Of a stretch of DNA of 64,000 nucleotides, positions 1 through 8,652 are shown piece after piece. A model generated the notes under the pieces. It ran no database searches. It had not been told where the DNA came from and saw nothing but the letters and a program-made list of their open reading frames with translations. Source of the stretch: Geobacteraceae bacterium (GTDB lineage Bacteria; Desulfobacterota; Desulfuromonadia; Geobacterales; Pseudopelobacteraceae); the NCBI GenBank assembly GCA_021286935.1, contig JAJTBI010000003.1:13857-77856 (forward strand). The letters run 5' to 3'. Each line of letters starts with the position of its first letter. Within the stretch, counting starts at the first letter, position 1. The position numbers and the translations under genes were made by a program.

Positions 1-848
1 CAGGGCTGGATGCTGCTGGGTGTGATGCTGCTGCTCTTGGTCGAATCGTTCGGCGTCCTGCAATGGGCGGAGGTATCGGGTAATCCGCTGGTAGCCAAGC
101 TGGGCGTTCAGAGTGTCAACATGGAAGGGAAGGATGTCCGCTTTGGTATGGCTGCCAGCAACCTGTTTGCCGTGGCCACCACCGGTACCTCCTGCGGTGC
201 GGTCAATACCATGCACGACTGACCCCAATCGGCGGTATGATTCCGCTCTCCTTGATCCTGCTGGGAGAGATCATCTTCGGCGGGGTTGGCTCCGGGCTCT
301 ACACCATGCTGGCCTTTGCCATCATTGCGGTCTTTGTCTCCGGTTTGATGATCGGGCGTACCCCGGAGTACCTGGGTAAGAAGATCGAAGTGCGAGAGAT
401 GTGGATGTCGATTCTCGTCATTCTGACCGCTGGGGTTACGGTACTTATCCTGACCGGTATTGCCATGATCTCGAAGGATGCCGTTGCATCAATGTCCAAT
501 CCGGGCGCCCACGGCCTGTCAGAGGTGTTGTATGCCTTTGCCTCCATGGCCAACAATAACGGAAGTGCCTTTGCCGGTCTGAACGCCAACGTCAATTTCT
601 ACAACTTGTTCGGTTCCCTGGCCATGACCCTAGGTCGTTACGTACCGGCCATCGCGGTGCTGGCTATGGCGGGCTCCCTGGCGGAGAAGAAGTACGTCCC
701 GCCAAGCCTCGGCACCCTGCCTACCGATAAAGTCCCCTTTGCCCTCTGGCTGACACTGGTCATCCTGATCGTTGGAGCGCTGACCTTTTTCCCGGCTCTC
801 TCCATGGGGCCAATTGTTGAACATTTGACGATGCTGAGAGGTATCTAA
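1..848 (+). pseudogene. kdpA: K+-transporting ATPase subunit A, 3' part (5' end outside the window), interrupted by a frameshift near nt 219
   Basis: Frame 1 reads KdpA motifs ([24 protein letters not shown]) then TGA at 220-222. Frame 3 resumes with (L)TPIGGMIPL and continues through [20 protein letters not shown] and [11 protein letters not shown]. It lies directly upstream of kdpB. Confidence 0.85.
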
Positions 849-852
849 CGTC

Positions 853-2919
853 ATGTCGAAACATATTCAACAGCCAAAATCTGCTTTTGATGCAGAACTC
901 ATAAAGGGCGCCCTGCTCGACTCACTCAAGAAACTTGATCCACGCACCCTCTGGCGCAACCCGGTCATGTTATGCGTCGAGATCGCCAGCGTCATCACTC
1001 TGGTCACTTTTGCCATGTCTCTGACCGGTGCCAATACTGAACCGGCCTGGTTCACCGGTACAGTCTCCGCCTGGCTCTGGCTGACCGTGATCTTCTCCAC
1101 CTTTGCCGAGGCGCTGGCCGAGGGACGCGGCAAGGCCCGCGCCGCTTCGCTGCGCCAGAGCCGGACCGATGTAACCGCCAAGCTGCTCTCCAAACCCGAG
1201 TTTAAAAGTGCCTTCACAACTGTCGGTGCCAGTCAGCTGCGCAAGGGTGATCTGATCCTGGTAGAGGCAAATGAAATGATCGCAGGTGACGGCGATGTCG
1301 TGACCGGAGCGGCCCTGGTCAATGAGTCGGCGGTGACCGGCGAGTCAGCACCGGTAATCCGCGAATCAGGCGGCGACCGCAGCGCCGTAACCGGCGGCAC
1401 CACGGTTATTTCCAGTAGCATCATCGTCAGGATTACCGCCAATCCTGGTGAAACCTTTCTGGACAAAATGATCGGCCTGATCGAGGGGGCCAAGCGCCGC
1501 AAGACCCCCAACGAGGTGGCACTGGAGGTGTTGCTGATCGCCTTGACGGTAGTCTTCCTGCTGGTTTGCGCCAACATTAGTCCGCTCTCGATCTACAGTG
1601 TTACGGCGGCCGGTCATGGTACGCCAGTGTCGCTGACCATCCTGGTGGCGCTGTTCGTCTGCCTTGCGCCGACTACCATTGCCGCGCTGTTGCCTGCTAT
1701 CGGTATTGCCGGCATGGATCGCCTCTTTCAGAAGAATGTGATCGCCCTGTCCGGCCGGGCCATTGAGGCTGCCGGTGATGTCAACGTGCTGCTGCTGGAC
1801 AAGACCGGCACTATTACCCACGGTAATCGTCAGGCGGTGGCCTTTGTCCCAGTGGGTGGCCATACCGAACAAGAGCTGGCCGAAGCTGCCCTGATGGCGT
1901 CACTGGCTGATGAGACCCCGGAAGGACGCAGTGTGGTGATATTGGCGAAAGAGAAGCATGGCCTTGCCAGGGAGACACCGAAGAACGCCGAGGTTGTGGA
2001 TTTTAGCGCCGATACGCGTCTCTCGGGAATCAATCTGGATGGTGTGCAATTCCGTAAGGGTGCTTCGGACTCGACCATCGCGTTTGTCAGAAAACTGGGC
2101 TGCACGTCTATCGCCAGCGATCTGGATGAGGTGGTGGACAAGATCGCCCGCGGGGGCTCCACGCCGCTGGTGGTCTGCAAGGACGATCAGATCCTGGGGG
2201 TGATCAACCTGAAGGATATCGTCAAGGCCGGTATTCAGGAGCGTTTTCTGCAACTGCGCTCCATGGGGATCAAGACCGTGATGATCACCGGCGATAACCC
2301 GCTGACCGCAGCAGCCATAGCTGCCGAGGCCCAAGTGGATGACTTTCTGGCCCAGGCCAAGCCGGAGGATAAGCTGCGCCTGATCAAGGACAATCAGGAG
2401 GCCGGTTTCATGGTGGCGATGACGGGCGATGGTACCAATGATGCACCGGCCCTGGCCCAGGCAGATGTGGCGGTGGCCATGAATACCGGTACCCAGCCGG
2501 CCCGCGAGGCCGCCAATATCATTGATCTGGACTCCAACCCCACCAAGCTGCTTGATATTGTAGAGGTGGGCAAGCAGATCCTGATGACCCGTGGCAATCT
2601 GACCACCTTCAGTATCTCCAATGATATTGCCAAATATTTTGCCATCATTCCGGCGATGTTGCTTTCCATCTATCCGCAACTGGGAGTGCTGAATATCATG
2701 CACCTGGCTACTCCGATGAGTGCGATTCTCTCGGCGGTCATCTTCAATGCCATTATCATCCCGTTGCTGGTGCCGCTGGCCCTGAAGGGGACGAAATTCC
2801 GTCCGATGCCGGCTGAAAAACTGCTGATCCATAACCTGCTGATCTACGGCGTAGGCGGGATAATCGCCCCGTTTGTCGGGATCAAGATCATTGATATGGT
2901 TGTTGGGCTGATGGTTTAG
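853..2919 (+). CDS. kdpB: K+-transporting P-type ATPase subunit B
   Basis: TGES motif, DKTGTIT phosphorylation site, [16 protein letters not shown] hinge, typical KdpB length. Confidence 0.98.
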   Translation: MSKHIQQPKSAFDAELIKGALLDSLKKLDPRTLWRNPVMLCVEIASVITLVTFAMSLTGANTEPAWFTGTVSAWLWLTVIFSTFAEALAEGRGKARAASLRQSRTDVTAKLLSKPEFKSAFTTVGASQLRKGDLILVEANEMIAGDGDVVTGAALVNESAVTGESAPVIRESGGDRSAVTGGTTVISSSIIVRITANPGETFLDKMIGLIEGAKRRKTPNEVALEVLLIALTVVFLLVCANISPLSIYSVTAAGHGTPVSLTILVALFVCLAPTTIAALLPAIGIAGMDRLFQKNVIALSGRAIEAAGDVNVLLLDKTGTITHGNRQAVAFVPVGGHTEQELAEAALMASLADETPEGRSVVILAKEKHGLARETPKNAEVVDFSADTRLSGINLDGVQFRKGASDSTIAFVRKLGCTSIASDLDEVVDKIARGGSTPLVVCKDDQILGVINLKDIVKAGIQERFLQLRSMGIKTVMITGDNPLTAAAIAAEAQVDDFLAQAKPEDKLRLIKDNQEAGFMVAMTGDGTNDAPALAQADVAVAMNTGTQPAREAANIIDLDSNPTKLLDIVEVGKQILMTRGNLTTFSISNDIAKYFAIIPAMLLSIYPQLGVLNIMHLATPMSAILSAVIFNAIIIPLLVPLALKGTKFRPMPAEKLLIHNLLIYGVGGIIAPFVGIKIIDMVVGLMV

Positions 2920-2940
2920 GTAACTAATAGGAGAAAAACA

Positions 2941-3507
2941 ATGAAAGATATAAGACCGGCAATCCTTATTTTTATCATTTTTACCGTCATCTGCGGCGGT
3001 ATCTATCCGGCAGTGGTCACCGGAGTGGCCTATGCCCTCTTCCCCAAACAGGCTGCAGGAAGTTTCATTACGGACAAGGGCGGCAAGGAGATCGGTTCCA
3101 ATCTGATCGGCCAGCCCTTTGCCGACGCGAAATATTTTTGGCCACGCCCATCCGCTACGTCAGACTTCGGCTTCAACGCCATGGCTTCTGGCGGCTCCAA
3201 TGCCGGGCCGACCAATCCTGCTTATCTGCAGACGGTAGGCGATCGGGTCAAGGCACTCCGCGATACCGGCGTGACCGGGAGGGTTCCGGCCGACCTGGTG
3301 CAGGCCTCGGCAAGTGGACTTGATCCTCACGTCACCCCCGAGTCGGCCCTGCTGCAGGTGCCACGCGTTGCCAAGGCGCGTGGCGTATCTGAAAAGACGA
3401 TAATAAAAGCCGTTGCAGAGGCTACCCAAGGTCGCCAGTTGGGCTTTTTTGGTGCCCCAAGGGTTAATGTGCTTGAATTGAACGTGAAACTGGATGCATT
3501 GAAATGA
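2941..3507 (+). CDS. kdpC: K+-transporting ATPase subunit C
   Basis: N-terminal TM helix, GSxLIGQ, YFWPRPSA, ASGGSN and SASGLDPH motifs; SD GGAGA upstream. Confidence 0.97.
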   Translation: MKDIRPAILIFIIFTVICGGIYPAVVTGVAYALFPKQAAGSFITDKGGKEIGSNLIGQPFADAKYFWPRPSATSDFGFNAMASGGSNAGPTNPAYLQTVGDRVKALRDTGVTGRVPADLVQASASGLDPHVTPESALLQVPRVAKARGVSEKTIIKAVAEATQGRQLGFFGAPRVNVLELNVKLDALK

Positions 3508-3531
3508 TCAGCGTCTGGAGGGAATTATCAT

Positions 3532-3810
3532 ATGAAACTCGTAGTGGGAATCATCTATACGAGAGATATGCTCAAACTCGGCGATGCCCTTGAGGCAATG
3601 GGGCTGATCGTCCATGAAACCGCTTATGAAGGTCACAGGGCTGTGCAGTACAGGGTATTTGAAGGTGTTGCATACATGTACCGTTTGCTCAACAGAGTTA
3701 AGATACGCACCGTCGTCAGCGATGAATTGGTCGGCACGTTGATGGATACTCTGCATAGCTTCGGTAACTGCAAATTTGTTATTACTCCTCAGCAGATTTG
3801 TCCTGCCTGA
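3532..3810 (+). CDS. PII-like (GlnB-fold) small protein
   Basis: Aligns by eye with GlnB: MKLVVGII, FEGVAYM (cf. YRGAEYM), RVKIRTVVSDE (cf. KVKIEIVVPDD), GNCKFVI (cf. GDGKIFV). SD GGAGG upstream. Confidence 0.65.
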   Translation: MKLVVGIIYTRDMLKLGDALEAMGLIVHETAYEGHRAVQYRVFEGVAYMYRLLNRVKIRTVVSDELVGTLMDTLHSFGNCKFVITPQQICPA

Positions 3811-3861
3811 GTAATGGTTGTAAGCACGCAAAGATCGTAAAACGAAAATTAAGGAGATGAT

Positions 3862-4656
3862 ATGAAACGAGTAAAAATAGTGGCAGCAGCAGCGGCAATA
3901 GTGGCAGTTGCATGCGGTGCGGCAATGGCAACCCCCACTGGCCAGATATGGATCCCGTCACCCGATGCCAAGGGATTCAAGGATGTTACGGTCAACTTGA
4001 CCTATAATGGACGCTTCTCGCAGAAGGCCGATGCAAACGCCAGCTATTTCGATGCAGGAGTGGTTGTCGGCGTACTCCCGTTTGAGAACCTGAAGCTTGA
4101 GATTGGCGTAGATTATCTGACTTCCAACCTACAGAATGACAACTTCGGTGATAGTCACCCAATCTATTTTAACGCCAAGTTGGCTACCTCTGAAGATGCC
4201 TTCGGCATCAAGGGGATGCCTGCTTTTGCCGTAGGTGCGTTCAATCTTGGCACCTACGACAAGCCGGAGCTCGCCCGCTCTACCCGCCAAAATATCATCT
4301 ACGGCCTGGCGGGCAAAACCTTTCCGGTAATCGGTCGCCTGTCGGCTGGCGGCTACTACGGTTCGGAGCGGGCACTTGCTAACGGTACCAATCTGAAAAA
4401 TATGAACAGCGGTGTGATGGCCTCTTGGGATCGGACTATCAGCGAGGTTTCGGATAAATTGTGGATGGGGGTTGACTACATGAGTGGTAACAACGCCAAC
4501 GGTGCCCTGTCGGTGGGCGGCTCTTGGGCTTTTACAAAAAATATTTCCCTGCTGATGGGAGTGATCACCTACAACCCGTTCTACAAACCATCACAGGGTG
4601 AGGCCATTCCGGGCGGCAAGCCGGCCTACACGACGCAACTGTATATCAATTTTTAG
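3862..4656 (+). CDS. Exported protein, probable outer-membrane beta-barrel/porin
   Basis: Ala-rich signal peptide, amphipathic beta-strand pattern, C-terminal TQLYINF (Bam-type terminal Phe); SD AAGGAG. Confidence 0.7.
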   Translation: MKRVKIVAAAAAIVAVACGAAMATPTGQIWIPSPDAKGFKDVTVNLTYNGRFSQKADANASYFDAGVVVGVLPFENLKLEIGVDYLTSNLQNDNFGDSHPIYFNAKLATSEDAFGIKGMPAFAVGAFNLGTYDKPELARSTRQNIIYGLAGKTFPVIGRLSAGGYYGSERALANGTNLKNMNSGVMASWDRTISEVSDKLWMGVDYMSGNNANGALSVGGSWAFTKNISLLMGVITYNPFYKPSQGEAIPGGKPAYTTQLYINF

Positions 4657-4677
4657 AATGCCGATTGCGCTTTTCAA

Positions 4678-4713
4678 TTCAATGTGGGGGCGGTTCGCCG
4701 CCCCCACATTGAA
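4678..4713 (+). terminator. Perfect 16-bp stem hairpin (terminator-like or mRNA-stabilising)
   Basis: TTCAATGTGGGGGCGG-TTCG-CCGCCCCCACATTGAA; no U-tract follows on the + strand. Confidence 0.55.
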
Positions 4714-4802
4714 GATATACGTGTAGGTAGAACTGATTGTGATATGAGAAGAAGTAACAAAGACGAGTAAGAGTCAGTATCAAGCAGACAGGAGAAATCT
4801 CT

Positions 4803-5135
4803 ATGCGACTCGCTTTCATTATTATAACGTCCCTGTTTATCGCCTCTGCCGCTTGGGCGGTATCCTACCCGCAACATGTTCCTCCGGCAGTGTTTGAAGA
4901 ATTCATCCCTATAGATGATATCAAGCTCTGTGATATTCACGGTACAAGCCCCGCACCATCCATCCCTAAAACGTGGAAACTGATCAGCGTATCTACTGGT
5001 GAAAAATCAAATGCCAGCAATTTGTGGTTCCAGGACACGGATGGTTCCATCTATCTGTTGCAAGGGTTTACGGCGCAAAATAAGTTTGTTATTCATAAGA
5101 ATGTGTATAAATTACCTACAAAATTAGCGTTTTAA
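4803..5135 (+). CDS. Small exported hypothetical protein
   Basis: Signal peptide ending ASAAWA; SD GGAGA; ends 9 nt before kdpD. Confidence 0.7.
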   Translation: MRLAFIIITSLFIASAAWAVSYPQHVPPAVFEEFIPIDDIKLCDIHGTSPAPSIPKTWKLISVSTGEKSNASNLWFQDTDGSIYLLQGFTAQNKFVIHKNVYKLPTKLAF

Positions 5136-5144
5136 GGAAAGCTA

Positions 5145-7853
5145 ATGACCAATCCCGACAACGACATACGCCCCACCCCGGAGGCGATGCTGAAGCTGGC
5201 CCAGGCGGAAGAAGCTCAATCTGAGCTTGGCAAGCTGAAGGTGTTTCTTGGCTATGCCGCTGGCGTTGGCAAGACCTATGCCATGCTTGAGGCGGCACGT
5301 AAACGGAAGGCTGATGGCCGTGACCTGGTGGTGGGCTATGTGGAGTCCCACGGTCGTAGTGAGACCGACGCCCTGCTGGAGGGACTTGAGCTGGTCCCCC
5401 GCATGCAGCTTTCCTATGCCGGTGTCACACTGCCCGAGATGGATCTGGATGCCATTCTGGCCCGCAAGCCACAGATTGTGCTGGTGGATGAACTGGCCCA
5501 CAGCAACGTGCCTGGTTCACGCCATGAAAAACGCTGGCAGGATGTTGAGGAGTTGCTGGCAGCCGGTACGGATGTCTATACCACGGTCAACATCCAGCAT
5601 TTTGAGAGTCTGAACGATGTAGTAGCCCAGATCACCGGTATCACTGTGCGGGAGACCGTGCCGGACCGGCTGCTGGATATCGCGTTTGAGATCAAGCTGA
5701 TCGATCTTCCGCCGGAAGACCTGCTGCAGCGGCTGCATGAAGGCAAGATCTACATCCCGGATCAGGCTGCCAAGGCGATTGAGAAGTTCTTCCGTCCCGG
5801 CAACCTGATGGCGCTACGGGAACTTTCCCTGCGCCGTACCGCTGCCCGGGTGGATGACCAGATGCGGGCCTATATGGAGACCCAATCCATTACCGGTCCC
5901 TGGCCTACGGCAGAACGGCTGTTGGTCTGCGTCAGCGGCAGTCCGTTCAGTGAACAGTTGATCCGGGCCACCCGCAGGCTGGCTGATGAGTTGAAGGCTC
6001 CCTGGCATACGGTCTATATCGAGACACCGGGCAGTGACCGCCATACCAGGGAAAACCGTGAGCGGGTCTGGCAGGATCTGCGTTTTGCCGAAGGGTTGGG
6101 GGCCCAGGTGGCCACCATTACCGCCACCTCGGTGCCGGAAGCGGTGGCTGAGTATGCGGCACGCCATAATGTGACCCGCATCGTGGTGGGTAAGCCAACC
6201 CATAGCCGTTGGTATGAACTGCTGCACCCCTCGATTGTTGATCAGATCATCCGCCGCAGTAGCAGCAGTGATGTCTTTGTGGTGCGTATCAATACCGGGG
6301 GGGCAACGCCGCAGCCACAGAAGGATGTTGTGCGCGGCCATCACCTGCATCCCTGGGGTTATTCACTGGCTGGCGGGCTGGTGGCCGTTGCAACTATCTG
6401 CTGCTGGCTGGTCAGCCGTTTTCTGGAACCAACCAACCTGGTGATGATCTATCTGCTGGCAGTGGTGGTGGCAGCGGTTCGGCTGGGACGCCGGCCAGCC
6501 ATGCTGACCGCCTTTCTGGGGGTATTGGCCTTTGACTTTTTCTTTGTACCGCCGCACCTGACCTTTGCCGTGGCAGACACCCAGTACCTGATCACCTTTG
6601 CGGGTCTGTTTATGGTGGGGATAGTAATCAGTAATCTGGTGGCCCGGTCGCGGGAACGGGCCGATGTGATCCGGGTCAGGGAGATCCAGACCGCCTCGCT
6701 GTATTATTTGAGTCGTGATCTGGCTGCGGCTGCTGATATTGCCAAGGTGCTGTCGTCGGTGGTCAGGAATGTGGAGGAGGCACTGAACGCCAAGGCAGTC
6801 ATGTTACTGCCGGAAGGTGAACGGCTTGAACTGCTGGCAACCAGTGATGGACTTGCTTTGGATAGCAAGGAACAGGCGGTGGCAGACTGGTGCTTCCGTA
6901 ATCGGCATCCGGCCGGACGTGGCACTGATACCCTGATTTCGGCGGAGCTGATTTATCTGCCGCTGCAGACACCTGCCAGCCAGCTGGGGGTGTTGGGGGT
7001 GCGGATGGACGATGAATATGACTACCGTTCCCAGGAGAGCCGCCGTCTGCTGGATGCCTTTGCCACCCAGGCAGCCATGGCCATTGAACGGGTCCAGTTT
7101 TCCCGTCAGGCTGAACAGGCCCAGATCCTTCAGGCGCGGGAGAATCTGGAACGTGCCCTGCTGAACTCCATCTCCCATGATCTGCGTACTCCGCTGGTCT
7201 CGGTAACCGGGGTACTCTCCAGCCTGCGTGATGAGGGGATGCATCTGAGCAATCAGGCCCGTCGTGAACTGCTGGATACTGCCTGTAGTGAGGCTGAACG
7301 CCTGAACCGCTTTGTGGGCAACCTGCTGGATATGACCCGGATTGAGGCCGGGGCCATCAGGCTGAACCTTGAGTTGTGCGACATTCAGGATCTGGTGGGC
7401 TGTGCCATGGCAGCCATCAAGCCGCGTGTCGGAAGTCATCTGATAACGATCAGCCTTCCCGATGACCTGCCCATGGTGCTTATGGATCTGGTACTGATGA
7501 CCCAGGTGCTGGTGAATCTGCTCGATAATTCGCTAAAATATTCCTTGCCTGAGCGCGCTATTGAAATCAGCTCCCATCAGGAACATGGCTGGTTGGTGCT
7601 AATGATCGCTGATCATGGTCCCGGTGTGCCGGAGCAGGATCTGAAACGGGTGTTTGACAAGTTTTACCGGATCCCTGTGCCGGAGGGGGTGGGTGGCACC
7701 GGTCTGGGGCTTTCGATCTGCAAAGGGATTGTTGAGGCCCACGGCGGAACCATCAGGGCTGAAAACCGTGCCGAGGGAGGGTTGGTGATAAAGATCCGTC
7801 TCTCGCTGGCCAAAACAGAACACCAGGAAAAGGAAGAGGGGCATGATCGCTGA
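5145..7853 (+). CDS. kdpD: K+-sensing histidine kinase
   Basis: GYAAGVGKTYAML N-domain, USP domain, four TM helices, GAF, SHDLRTPL H-box, GTGLGL G-box. Confidence 0.98.
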   Translation: MTNPDNDIRPTPEAMLKLAQAEEAQSELGKLKVFLGYAAGVGKTYAMLEAARKRKADGRDLVVGYVESHGRSETDALLEGLELVPRMQLSYAGVTLPEMDLDAILARKPQIVLVDELAHSNVPGSRHEKRWQDVEELLAAGTDVYTTVNIQHFESLNDVVAQITGITVRETVPDRLLDIAFEIKLIDLPPEDLLQRLHEGKIYIPDQAAKAIEKFFRPGNLMALRELSLRRTAARVDDQMRAYMETQSITGPWPTAERLLVCVSGSPFSEQLIRATRRLADELKAPWHTVYIETPGSDRHTRENRERVWQDLRFAEGLGAQVATITATSVPEAVAEYAARHNVTRIVVGKPTHSRWYELLHPSIVDQIIRRSSSSDVFVVRINTGGATPQPQKDVVRGHHLHPWGYSLAGGLVAVATICCWLVSRFLEPTNLVMIYLLAVVVAAVRLGRRPAMLTAFLGVLAFDFFFVPPHLTFAVADTQYLITFAGLFMVGIVISNLVARSRERADVIRVREIQTASLYYLSRDLAAAADIAKVLSSVVRNVEEALNAKAVMLLPEGERLELLATSDGLALDSKEQAVADWCFRNRHPAGRGTDTLISAELIYLPLQTPASQLGVLGVRMDDEYDYRSQESRRLLDAFATQAAMAIERVQFSRQAEQAQILQARENLERALLNSISHDLRTPLVSVTGVLSSLRDEGMHLSNQARRELLDTACSEAERLNRFVGNLLDMTRIEAGAIRLNLELCDIQDLVGCAMAAIKPRVGSHLITISLPDDLPMVLMDLVLMTQVLVNLLDNSLKYSLPERAIEISSHQEHGWLVLMIADHGPGVPEQDLKRVFDKFYRIPVPEGVGGTGLGLSICKGIVEAHGGTIRAENRAEGGLVIKIRLSLAKTEHQEKEEGHDR

Positions 7854-8541
7854 AAGTACGTCGGGTAATCTCCCGCGAGTCCTGATCATCGACGATGAAG
7901 TGGCCATCCGTAAGTTTCTGCGTACGGTTTTATCCAGTGAGGAATTTCTGCTATACGAGGCAGAAAATGCCCATACCGGTCTCTCGCTTACGGCTGCAGT
8001 CCGGCCGGATGTGATTTTGCTTGATCTAGGTTTGCCGGATCTGGACGGCATAGAGGTAATCAAGCGGGTCCGAGACTGGTCGCAGGCGCCGATTATCGTG
8101 CTGTCGGTGCGCGAACGGGAAGAAGACAAAATTGCTGCCCTGGATGCGGGGGCTGATGATTACCTGACCAAGCCGTTTGGTGTTGGCGAGCTGCTGGCCC
8201 GTATCAGGGCTGCCATGCGTCGTTTGCAGCAGGAATTGCCGGAACCGGTCTTTACCAGTGATGATCTTGAGGTGAATCTGGAGCTGCGCCGGGTAACGGT
8301 TAGGGGGAACGATATCCAGCTTACCCCCACTGAGTATGATCTGTTGAAACTGTTGGTCAGCCAGGCCGGCAAGGTCCTGACCCACCGTCATATTCTGAGC
8401 AAGATCTGGGGGCCATCCCATCTGGAACAGCCCCATGTGCTGCGGGTTAATATCAGTAACCTGCGCCGTAAAATTGAAGTTGATCCTGCGCAACCACGTC
8501 ATATTACAACAGAGCTTGGTGTAGGCTATCGTCTCGTCTGA
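7843..8541 (+). CDS. kdpE: OmpR-family response regulator
   Basis: REC domain (IDDE, LLDLGLPD, GADDYLTKPF) plus winged helix; overlaps the kdpD stop. Confidence 0.95.
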   Translation: MIAESTSGNLPRVLIIDDEVAIRKFLRTVLSSEEFLLYEAENAHTGLSLTAAVRPDVILLDLGLPDLDGIEVIKRVRDWSQAPIIVLSVREREEDKIAALDAGADDYLTKPFGVGELLARIRAAMRRLQQELPEPVFTSDDLEVNLELRRVTVRGNDIQLTPTEYDLLKLLVSQAGKVLTHRHILSKIWGPSHLEQPHVLRVNISNLRRKIEVDPAQPRHITTELGVGYRLV

Positions 8542-8555
8542 GTAACGCAGGTTGC

Positions 8556-8603
8556 CTTGACGCCTTCTTGATACCTCTTGATCTGATCTTGATGCCCTCT
8601 TGA
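8556..8603 (+). promoter_or_regulatory. Five phased CTTGA direct repeats, candidate response-regulator (KdpE) binding array
   Basis: CTTGA at 8556, 8567, 8577, 8588 and 8599 (periods 11, 10, 11, 11 bp), between kdpE and the next transporter gene. Confidence 0.6.
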
Positions 8604-8652
8604 TACGCAGCCTGCTACGGTGGTGAAAACTCACTGTGAGGGCGCGCCATTC

